Of a stretch of DNA of 64,000 nt, positions 1 to 8,977 are shown in pieces. The position numbers were made by a program, and so were the translations under genes. Location: contig CDROCS010000960.1 in assembly GCA_977020255.1 (NCBI GenBank), positions 558,001 through 622,000 on the forward strand, written 5' to 3'. Below the pieces are notes generated by a model. The model was not told the origin of the DNA. It saw nothing but the letters and a program-made list of their open reading frames with translations, and did not search any database. This stretch comes from Obrimoposthia wandeli. Lineage: Eukaryota. Position 1 is the first letter of the stretch. Each line of letters starts with the position of its first letter.

Positions 1-699
1 TATTGGTTGGTCCTCCGGATGTCAGTTCTTGCGAATAAGGCCGCTGGATCTTCTCTGACAACTCAAACAGCCAGTCTGAAATGTGAGCAATTTCTTTTAA
101 AAAAAGATTTAATTTTTGTTAATTACATTGATTATTCTGTGGTTTAATCAATAAATATTCTAAGGAGATGTTTTCTGTAGAGATAAATCTGTTGAATAAA
201 TCTCAGAGATGACTGTGCAAATGCAGATACTTCACCATATAGATTTGCTTATCGAATTCAAGTATGAACATGGTATTATGAATCTTTACGAGCCACCAAG
301 AGGATGTCAGATTAAAGCTGGCATGAAGAAATGTTCCATTAAGTACAGTTTGTTTAGCTCTCCAAGAACTGGTAGACCGCATGAGAGTGAGGGTGTGATA
401 GGTGAAGTGCTACGTAGCCCAAAATCAAGTATCAGATGAAGATAAACTTTACAAATAATAATTAATGCTTTGGTGTAAAAGTCATTTAACAAATAAAAGT
501 TTCATTTTTGTGAAATGCTTATTGTGAATTGCATGTATGAATCTTATTATCGTATTTTTCTTCAAAATATTTTCGAAACAGTGAAGTCTTTAGTTGCTAC
601 TTAAATTTATCAATATTTTCTCCACAGTTTCTTATATTCCTCGACAGATTCTTGTAAAGATTCGGGGCTCACATTTCAATTTTTCTATTGCTTTGTTAT

Positions 700-1050
700 T
701 TGAGATTTATTTTATCAATCTACTGTCATCATCGTTGCTCCTGAGATGCATGTACATACTTGCTGAATCAGGCTCGAGAAGATCATATTAATATTTTAAA
801 TTTCCCGAGAGAATACATTTTTTGATACTATATAGAAAATTGAATTCAATTTGGCATTGATCGATAGCTAATGGAGCTTTATTGAAATTCCGAAATCTTG
901 TGAGTAGTGATAAACAAATATTCGCAATATAAAGCTTTTTATGTTCTCTTTTGGTCCTTGGTCCGGTTTGTAGGACTGTTTTGAGTGCTTTAAGTTTTTG
1001 AAATTTGGTTGAAGATTTTGTTGGTTGACATATTTGAAATATTATTTTTA
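700..1050 (-). pseudogene. L2/CR1-clade LINE ORF2 C-terminal relic
   Basis: Minus strand reads KLH*LSI (LHWLP-type motif of L2/CR1 ORF2 C-termini) then ...SLEP...MYMHLRSNDDDSRL; a similar copy lies at about 49350-49515. Confidence 0.5.
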
Positions 1051-1318
1051 TTCAAAATATATATAAGCAGTGACAAATTTTAGATTTTTAAAGAATAGAG
1101 AAAAATTGGTTCAGAGTTCTTTTTTATACATAAATGAATTGTTGCCCTTACTGAAATTCGATTGTTAACCACCTTGATGTCACGAAAACTATAATGCAAA
1201 ATAGCGTCCATTTGTTCATCGCCTGATTTTATATTTAGAAAATTTTTTTTAAAAAGTCAGGAATAAAATATGAAAAATTACCCATTTAAATTTGAAATTG
1301 GTTATCAGTTGCATAATC

Positions 1319-2100
1319 AGTAGGTAGAAGGATGGAGTCTAGATCACTTGACCCCCCTAAAGGGTGTCACTCCATAAGGGTGTTTTACCTCACCTCTGGT
1401 GAGGCAACATATACCCTTATGGTGTGGCAAGACACCTTTTATGGTGTGACACCCTTATGGTGTGGCACCCTTTAGGGGGAGGGGGGGTCAAGTGATCTAG
1501 ACTCCATCCTTCTTTGATATACCACTATGGTCGTCCATAGTTTAAAGGGTCAAGTGGCTTAGTCTCCACCCTTCTTTTTGAGATATACCACTATGAAAGG
1601 GTCAATTGGCTTAGTCTCCACCCATCTTTTTGTGATCTAGTCTCCACCCATCTTTTTGTGATCTAGTCTCCACCCTTCTTTTTGGTTAACCACTAATTCA
1701 AAGGATCAAGTGGCTTAGTCTCCACCCTTCTTTTTTGTGATCTAGTCCATAATGAAAATTTATGATAAAGTTCACACTTAACAATTAAGAATGTATGACG
1801 TAATCATACACACACTATTTAATGTGAAATTTATACTAAGTTCACTCTTATTAGTTAAGAATGTATTACGTAATCACACACAAACTATTCTATGTGAAAA
1901 TTTATGATAAAGTTCACTCTTATCAGTTAAGGAATGTGGTTTTTAACACACACATACACTATTTTATGTGAAATTTAAACTAAAGTTCACTCTTATAAGT
2001 TAAGAATGTATTACGTAATCACACACATACTATTCTATGTGAAAATGTAGATCAAAGTTTTTTCCCAGGCTTACACATCTAAAGAATTATGGTAAAATTT
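1319..2100 (+). repeat. Left terminal inverted repeat (terminal hairpin, 26-56-bp GGAGACTA repeats, about 70-bp TTACGTAA repeats)
   Basis: Reverse complement of about 12690-13731; homology ends near CCCAGGCTTACACATCTAAAGAATTATG. Confidence 0.93.
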
Positions 2101-2152
2101 ATTTAAATAACATAAATTATATATTAAAATAAAATATCCTTAATAAATATAT

Positions 2153-2605
2153 TTATATACAATTTACATAATCAATACATAGAGAAAAACATTTCAAATA
2201 AGCACAATGTTTTCCGTGTTTTCTAAACGGACATCGAATATTTTTTGGCATTTTCTTTAAATTTTTGAAACTTTTATTATAATTCACAATTCTCAAATTT
2301 GGAAACATTCGTTTCACTAAATTAATTTTCTTTCCATCAATAGAATCCATAACATAGAATATTGTTTCAACATCATCAATATGAATATCAGAGCTTTCAC
2401 CTTCAAACCAGGATAACTGATGATGATGATTTATCAAATATAGATTTTTTCTTTTAACTGTAAATGATAAACTACTCCATGGTATTTGATTTTTAAACAC
2501 GTAATGAAATGGACAAGTCATATCATTCACATACATTATACATAATTCCTTTGGAATATATTCTCCATTATTATCAATAAAACATTCTAAATCAATAAAA
2601 GCCAT
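2153..2605 (-). CDS. Small DEDD/DnaQ-like nuclease-fold accessory protein (150 aa)
   Basis: N-terminal AFIDLECF...PKELCI resembles ExoI motif DxE; Cys/His-rich C-terminus CPFRKHGKHCAYLKC. Confidence 0.55.
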   Translation of the reverse strand: MAFIDLECFIDNNGEYIPKELCIMYVNDMTCPFHYVFKNQIPWSSLSFTVKRKNLYLINHHHQLSWFEGESSDIHIDDVETIFYVMDSIDGKKINLVKRMFPNLRIVNYNKSFKNLKKMPKNIRCPFRKHGKHCAYLKCFSLCIDYVNCI

Positions 2606-2659
2606 TTGAAAATAAAATAAAATGAAATACTAAAATGATATATTTGTTTATACTTAAAA

Positions 2660-3035
2660 TTATTTGTGTTGAAGTTTCAACCATAAAAGACTCAGAGGTC
2701 CGCAGTTTTTAGTTAATGGATTCTGACATTTAACTCGATTATAGTAGACTGGAATGTTTTCTTTTCAAGTGTAGACACCAACTTTGCAGGATAATAGAAT
2801 CCAAAAGGATCAAACACTCGAATCTCGAATCTGTCAACGAATATTGCTATCCAATGCTCGCCTGGTAGATTTGAAGTATGAGTATTGATAATGTAACCTC
2901 CGGGTTTTAATGATGGAATTTTATCCAATGAATATACTCCATTAAATTTGTTATTCAATAATATTTTTCCGGATTTATGAATTTCTAAAGTACTAATTTA
3001 AATAAAGAATATAATATACAATAAACTTACTTCAT
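2660..3035 (-). CDS. Adenain-like (C5 family) maturation protease; intron 2993-3030 and 1-nt frameshift at 2757-2760
   Basis: Spliced read MNTLEIHKSGKILLNNKFNGVY...PGEHWIAIF...FDPFG; after a shift in an A run reads YYNRVKCQNPLTKNCGPLSLLWLKLQHK*; His, Asp, Gln and Cys catalytic residues present. Confidence 0.88.
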
Positions 3036-4252
3036 ACAATCACAGTTTTATTTTTCGTAATCTGAATTTCGGAATCAAATATTCCGTAAATCAAAACACT
3101 TGTTGGAACGGTCAAAGGAGAATTAAATCTAATTTCAAGTCTTAAATTACCAGTTTTAGGCACTTGAGTAGTGTTTATATCAAAATCTGGTGCTAATAGA
3201 AAAGTGAAAATCGAACTTCCTGATTTAAAATCAGAAAATCTGATACCATTATTCACGTTTTTATCTAAAATATTCATATTTCGAATAATTGACTGCATAT
3301 ATGCTAATGAAAAATTGTTATTATCTAGATTATAAGTTTCTCGATAATCTGTATTTCTAGCTAATGATATTGTTGAAATATTAAATGTATTGAACGTAGA
3401 AGATTTAACTTTGTATTCCTTACCACCCTGAGGTGTATCTTTGAAAGCAATCAAAATGAACTTGGGTAAACGATAGTCTCCGAATATTTGATCTTTATTA
3501 AGTTCCAAAGAACCCTGAGGAATTGAATATGTTACTAACTGAGTTTTTCTAATTGGGTAAACTGCATTCTGACTTTGCAAACCTAACTGATGTCCAATCA
3601 TTACTGAAGAATCAACTTTTACTCTTCTAACATACAATCTAGCATCTAGAATTTGAATAATTGGTTTTGAAGTTTCTGAATAGAGCGAAAAATTATGCTG
3701 ATTTCTCATAAATCTCAAATGAACATTAATCCCTGGAATCAAATATTTTGATTGATCAAAGAAATCTAATCTAATTGAATTACACAATGAAAATATTTTA
3801 GATTCACTAATCCATTGTTTACGATTTTCTGCATCATCATCATACCCACTACATTCAAGGTTAGTATACTTGGTATCACTACTAAAATTCAAAAGAGTAT
3901 CGAATATAGCCTTATGAGTATACGTTCCATTTCCTCCTTCAACCTTTACATTATTAAGTGTTAGAATAACATCTCTAAACAAAGTTTGAAACATGTAATT
4001 CTCTGGAGTTACATCGCTATCTTTCATTAAATCAGTACCATCTTCATTTACAACTTTTAATTTAATATTTAACAAAGTATCATTCAAATCCAGATAATCT
4101 TCTTCAGATGCATGAATATTAAATTCTATGTCATTTAAATTTTTTCCAGTAATTGAATTGATTGGAAATATTTCTTCAAAACTTGAATTTTCAATCACTA
4201 CTTGAGGTAGTGGTCTATCGAAAATACACAATTCAGATTTTATACTAGTCAT
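3032..4252 (-). CDS. Polinton major capsid protein (double jelly-roll, PY/hexon-like), 406 aa
   Basis: KSELCIF...DIEFNI...DYLDLNDT...KYLIPGINVHLRFMRN...GNLRLEIRF motifs; position in capsid module. Confidence 0.9.
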   Translation of the reverse strand: MTSIKSELCIFDRPLPQVVIENSSFEEIFPINSITGKNLNDIEFNIHASEEDYLDLNDTLLNIKLKVVNEDGTDLMKDSDVTPENYMFQTLFRDVILTLNNVKVEGGNGTYTHKAIFDTLLNFSSDTKYTNLECSGYDDDAENRKQWISESKIFSLCNSIRLDFFDQSKYLIPGINVHLRFMRNQHNFSLYSETSKPIIQILDARLYVRRVKVDSSVMIGHQLGLQSQNAVYPIRKTQLVTYSIPQGSLELNKDQIFGDYRLPKFILIAFKDTPQGGKEYKVKSSTFNTFNISTISLARNTDYRETYNLDNNNFSLAYMQSIIRNMNILDKNVNNGIRFSDFKSGSSIFTFLLAPDFDINTTQVPKTGNLRLEIRFNSPLTVPTSVLIYGIFDSEIQITKNKTVIV

Positions 4253-4648
4253 TTTGGAAAATAGTACCTTTAAGACGTTTGTTTATACTATTTAAATTAT
4301 TTCTTTTACGTTTAAGACCCTTTCCATTTTGTTCAACACAATTTGCGACTTTATTTAAACTCTCAACAGCATTATTTTTTAATTTTGGAATCAAAGTTTT
4401 GACTTCTTTGATTGTATTTTCTTTGAGAGATGAAATTATGTTTTTGGATTTGTTAACGCAGTTCCTACCGTTTCACCAATTACATTGGCAGCACTTGTAG
4501 CTGCTGATAAACCAACTTTTTTTAACAATGGAATAGCTAATCTAGAAATAGTTTGATACCAACCAGATCCATATTGTTTACCAATGAAATAGGGAAGTTC
4601 ACCGCCCTGTTGACTTTTGCTAAAAAATTTTATAATTGATGTATTCAT
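4245..4648 (-). CDS. Small basic/amphipathic virion protein (cupiennin-like gene of adintoviruses), frameshifted at 4441-4445
   Basis: QQGGELPYFIGKQYGSGWYQTISRLAIPLLKK; adding one A to the A5 run continues NIISSLKE...GKGLKRKR...TIFQND*, overlapping the MCP ATG. Confidence 0.7.
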
Positions 4649-4695
4649 TTTATATATATATATATATATTTATATTTTAAATATATTTATATTGT

Positions 4696-5709
4696 TTATA
4701 CTTTACGTAAATGAAGAGTTAAACTAGTTTTTGCTCCATATGAAAATGGAATTAAATTACCAGAATCATCACGTATATTTACCTCGATTCTATTAATACT
4801 TGAATCTCTCATTTTCAAGTACATTGGATTATCAATTTTAACATTTACTACATCTCCATATCGATATTTTAATGATTTTAACCAAATAGACTTTAACAGT
4901 GGAACATAATCAGATCCTACTAAGACAGAATCTGTTAAACTAGTATAAATATACATTTGATTATATGAGCTAGAAAGTGTTGGTTTTTGAAAACCTTTAA
5001 TTCGTTTCTCAAAGAAAACATTATTAAAACCTAATAAAGATGCAAGTTTTTCATCAAATAAAACTGATTTTACATTTTTCTTTAATAAAATATCAAATAA
5101 TCCGTCTGAATCTATATTACAGCTTTTAAAAATTTCATTACATTTACTGGCTATAATATTACATAATGAAGAACTATCTTGTATCAAATAATTTTGATTA
5201 AATTTTATTTCGTATTCATATTCAGCTAAATAATAAATTGTAATTCTCATTTTAGCATGAATATTTTTATTTATGTCAACAATTTCATCACTTGTTATAA
5301 CATGACTAGAAATTTTTTGTATTTCATTAATACCTATAATTTTTGATTCTTCTAAAGTTTCGAATTTTAACAACATTCGATGAATACTGTTAATTGTACT
5401 TATTTCTAATTTTTGACCCTTTGTAATTTTGAAATTGAAAACAGTATTTAAATTATTAAAAATTAATCCATTTAAAATTGCAAAAGATACATCGAAAGTT
5501 TTCATTTCTATCTTTTCCGTTTTATAAAGTATTTTTGAATTAGTTTGTATTGTTAAAGGAGTAAAATTAAATACAAATTCAGTCAAGGCAACCTCCCATT
5601 CACCATCTAAATTTAGAGAGTTTTCCCAATCTACAGTAAATTGATTGGCTGTATTGTTAGGTTGAGTACTTGGACAACTATTACTAGGTAAAATAATATA
5701 TTTTGACAT
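4696..5709 (-). CDS. Polinton minor capsid protein (penton, PX), 337 aa
   Basis: IILPSNS...NNTANQF...LDGEWEVALTEF N-terminus and VPLLK...NPMY...IEVNIRDDSG...TSLTLHLRK C-terminus. Confidence 0.88.
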   Translation of the reverse strand: MSKYIILPSNSCPSTQPNNTANQFTVDWENSLNLDGEWEVALTEFVFNFTPLTIQTNSKILYKTEKIEMKTFDVSFAILNGLIFNNLNTVFNFKITKGQKLEISTINSIHRMLLKFETLEESKIIGINEIQKISSHVITSDEIVDINKNIHAKMRITIYYLAEYEYEIKFNQNYLIQDSSSLCNIIASKCNEIFKSCNIDSDGLFDILLKKNVKSVLFDEKLASLLGFNNVFFEKRIKGFQKPTLSSSYNQMYIYTSLTDSVLVGSDYVPLLKSIWLKSLKYRYGDVVNVKIDNPMYLKMRDSSINRIEVNIRDDSGNLIPFSYGAKTSLTLHLRKV

Positions 5710-6735
5710 TATTCAATTTGAGAAGCAAATATCCAAGAAGGTTCAGAGTATCCGTGCCACTTTACGTAATATTGTTTATTCTTACCACGACCTTTAGTTT
5801 CTAAAATTTCTTGTATTCGATATAGTTTAGGTTTATCAATTAATTGTAACTCTTGTTTATAAAATTTTCCTTTGATGATGACGTTATCAATATCTTTTAA
5901 AATATACATTATTGGATTTTGTTTATAATTAATATCATGAATTTGAAAAACCTCATCACTCCAATTTTGATTAAAATTTTTAATAAATGGACTTGTACTT
6001 ATTTTTGATATTCGAACATAATCATCAATTTTATATTTAGATTTAAGTTTCTTTTCTTTTTAGATTTTGTTTCAACAAAATATCAAATTCATTTTTATTA
6101 TTTACATCTACAGGTTTTAAACCATCTAAACCTCTATGTTTAGAATTATTATAAGCATAAATAATTTTTGGTAATACATTCACCCATTTCTTATTACCTT
6201 GTTTAGTAAAATATTTCTTTAACCGTTCTCTTAACGTTCTATTAAATCTTTCAACTACTGCAGCTTTATATTGAGAATATACTGAATAATGATTGATATT
6301 TTCAGTTTTAAATAATTTCTTAACATGTGAATTAAAAAATTCTTTACCTTCATCGGTTTGGATATTTACTGGTACATCATCAACAATTAAAGATTCTATT
6401 GCATGTAATAAATCAATACCTGATTTTGATTTAACACCAACTGCTTTTGCAAAACGACTAAATACATCAATACAAGTTAAAATATACTTGAATCCATTAT
6501 TTACTGAAGAATAAGGAATCATTTCCATTAAATCCATCTGCCATAACGAATTAATACCATTAGTTTTATATGATCTAGTAGGGAATTTACGTCTTAAAGG
6601 TTTATTCAGACTATATGATAATTCATTTCTTAACCATTTTTGTGTGTTTGTTTTTGATTGTTTGACTCTTTTTGTCAATTTTTCTAACCCTGTATAACCG
6701 TCTGGATCTTCTGGATTGTTCCAAATCTTTTCCAT
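5709..6735 (-). CDS. int: Retroviral-like DDE integrase with C-terminal chromodomain, frameshifted at 6057-6061
   Basis: WQMDLMEM, CIDVFSRFA, IQTDEGKEF, VVERFNRTLRE; removing one A gives KKLKSKYKIDDYVRISK...WSDEVF running into YYVKWHGYSEPSWI. Confidence 0.93.
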
Positions 6736-6897
6736 TGCAGCATGAAGAATTAAAATTTATAAATAAGTTAGACAACTTTGTATTGTTTATCCCCATTATT
6801 ATAAAAGTTAAATATATTTTTTAATCTGTTTATATGTTTGTATAAAACGAATGAATGTAATTATTTAATATTATTATAATTTTCGTTATTAAGACAA

Positions 6898-7311
6898 CTA
6901 TCCCCATCTTGAAGATATAACACTAGCTATTACTGATGCTATAGCGGGCAGTAGGGCCAATATGAATCCGCTATTTTGATTATAAATAATGTTTCTTTTA
7001 TTAATTTTACCACGTGAATTTGCTAAATTTATTAATGAATTTTTATATTTTAAAATATTATCATCAGGTTTAATTTTACCATAAATTATTTTATTTAAAA
7101 TTTTTATTAAATCATCAACTACATAAATTGGAAATGATTTCAACATTTTCATTTTATTCGTTTTTGGTACGTCAATTAAGGTTTTAAAATAAGGTAAACT
7201 TTTTGAAAATTCAATATTATTACGATCATATAATACAGTATTTATTAATTTTTTAACTTCATCTTTATCTGTCCTTTTACTATGTTTAAGAATACTCTTT
7301 TTAAAATTCAT
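6898..7311 (-). CDS. Basic protein with hydrophobic C-tail resembling adenovirus pX precursor tail (137 aa)
   Basis: Lys-rich body ending QNSGFILALLPAIASVIASVISS; directly downstream of ATPase. Confidence 0.5.
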   Translation of the reverse strand: MNFKKSILKHSKRTDKDEVKKLINTVLYDRNNIEFSKSLPYFKTLIDVPKTNKMKMLKSFPIYVVDDLIKILNKIIYGKIKPDDNILKYKNSLINLANSRGKINKRNIIYNQNSGFILALLPAIASVIASVISSRWG

Positions 7312-7312
7312 T

Positions 7313-7922
7313 TTATTTTAAAACATTATTATTATTTATTTGTTTATAGACTGTAATACCATTACGGTTAAATATATCAGTAACAATTCTTAAATCATCA
7401 GGACATGATTGAGTAAAATTTAAAAATAAATAACCATGTGGTAAAGATGTAGCATCATGAAACGCATCAATTAAATAACTCTTGTTATGAGGAAATGCTT
7501 GACGAGCAATAAAATCTATCACTGTTTGATCTCTAGGATTTTTGAATAAAATCAAATAATGTACATTAAGATTACGAGTGCGATGATTTCCTCCTTGATG
7601 AAATAAATTTTGGGTTATAAAAATTACAGTAACTTCTCTATGTCTTGCAATTTTTGTAAATAAATCATTAAAATCAGATTCTTTGTTAGCCTCTTGATAT
7701 AAGTCATCAATAACAATTACATCACCTTTTAATCTTAATGTTTTTTATTTTATTAAATTCTTGGTTTGTTAAACCAGCTTCTCCATCACCACCTTGATGC
7801 CAATATATTTTATTAAATTTATTTTTAAACATTTTTGAATTTAATAATTTACAAACAAATAAAGTTTTTCCACTACCACTTGGTCCTACTACTTGAAAAG
7901 TTGAATTGTTTGTTAATAACAT
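7313..7922 (-). CDS. FtsK/A32-like packaging ATPase, frame broken near 7725-7735
   Basis: Walker A GPSGSGKT; in the second frame Walker B VIVIDDL, RHREVTVIFITQNLF and LFKNPRD. Confidence 0.9.
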
Positions 7923-8003
7923 TATATATAAATATTAATATAAAATAAATATATCAGAATAAGTACATGTTTATAACAATAACAACATTTTATTAAATAT
8001 TTA

Positions 8004-8390
8004 TTAAACATCAAAATATTCAGTCGCTGTATGAATCCTCCAGATGAGAGTTGTTTCATTCTGTTTATTTATTTTATATCCGAGAATTTTTATTTCGAGC
8101 ATCCAACTTCTTCCATCTTCTTGAATATCCGAAATCTTTGTTCCACCACAATCATAAAATTTACACTTATCTCCGCGCATAAATATACCCTCATTCTCAA
8201 GTTCAACATCAATTTTCAAATATTTGACGATTTCATTGAATTGTTGAATGTCTTTGTCATCAAAATCAGAGACTCGGTAATTGTACAAAGTTTTCGATAA
8301 TGTCACTGGCATAGTCATTGGTTGAATCCATGCAGATGCCAAGAAGAACATATCATACTCGTAATACTTTTGAACGGATTTATAAGACAT
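8004..8390 (-). CDS. Hypothetical Polinton protein (128 aa)
   Basis: Intact ATG-started ORF co-oriented between TBP-like and ATPase genes; no family recognised. Confidence 0.65.
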   Translation of the reverse strand: MSYKSVQKYYEYDMFFLASAWIQPMTMPVTLSKTLYNYRVSDFDDKDIQQFNEIVKYLKIDVELENEGIFMRGDKCKFYDCGGTKISDIQEDGRSWMLEIKILGYKINKQNETTLIWRIHTATEYFDV

Positions 8391-8405
8391 TTAAAATTGA
8401 ATGAT

Positions 8406-8870
8406 TTAATTAGAAATTGTTTCGTATTTATATAATTTATTTTTAATGTATAACATGATATCGTTAACTTGATTTTGAAAATCTAAATTTCTAAGACCTA
8501 AAATTACGACCTTTCCAGATGTGAAAATATTTACACACAATGGATTGAAAATATTTAATCTTAAGCCTGGGAAAACCTCAGGGTCAAATGAACATGCATT
8601 ACGTAATACATTCGATAATTTAAATAGATTGATACTTTGTTCTAAATTTTCACATATCGTAATTGATTGAATACCAAGTATATTTATTCTTAAAGGGTAA
8701 GAAATATTTTTAATAGGTACCTTACATCCCATAATCCTGCATTTCTTATTTCTAAAAATAAGTATTGTATAATCTTTGGCTTTATAAACGTATTGTTCTG
8801 GTCGTGTTCGAAATTTTAATTTGGATACATCATCTAAGCAAATTCCTTTATAATTAATATTTGTTAACAT
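8406..8870 (-). CDS. Divergent TATA-binding protein (TBP)-like protein, about 154 aa from ATG at 8870
   Basis: Two TBP repeats: TILIFRNKKCRIMGCK and SFDPEVFPGLRL...VNIFTSGKVVILGLR, compared with canonical TALIFSSGKMVCTGAK and YEPELFPGL...LIFVSGKVVLTGAK. Confidence 0.85.
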   Translation of the reverse strand: MLTNINYKGICLDDVSKLKFRTRPEQYVYKAKDYTILIFRNKKCRIMGCKVPIKNISYPLRINILGIQSITICENLEQSINLFKLSNVLRNACSFDPEVFPGLRLNIFNPLCVNIFTSGKVVILGLRNLDFQNQVNDIMLYIKNKLYKYETISN

Positions 8871-8977
8871 TGTAAGTAAAATAATTAAATTATTGTATTT
8901 ATATATATATTTTTTTTTATTCAGTCTACAAATCAACCAATATCCAATCAGTCAAATCAAATCAATCATATCATCAG

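Noticed and set aside
209-492. Short ORFs with a WHEEMF segment suggestive of a LIM domain
   Set aside because: Cys/His spacing absent and frame interrupted; not supportable
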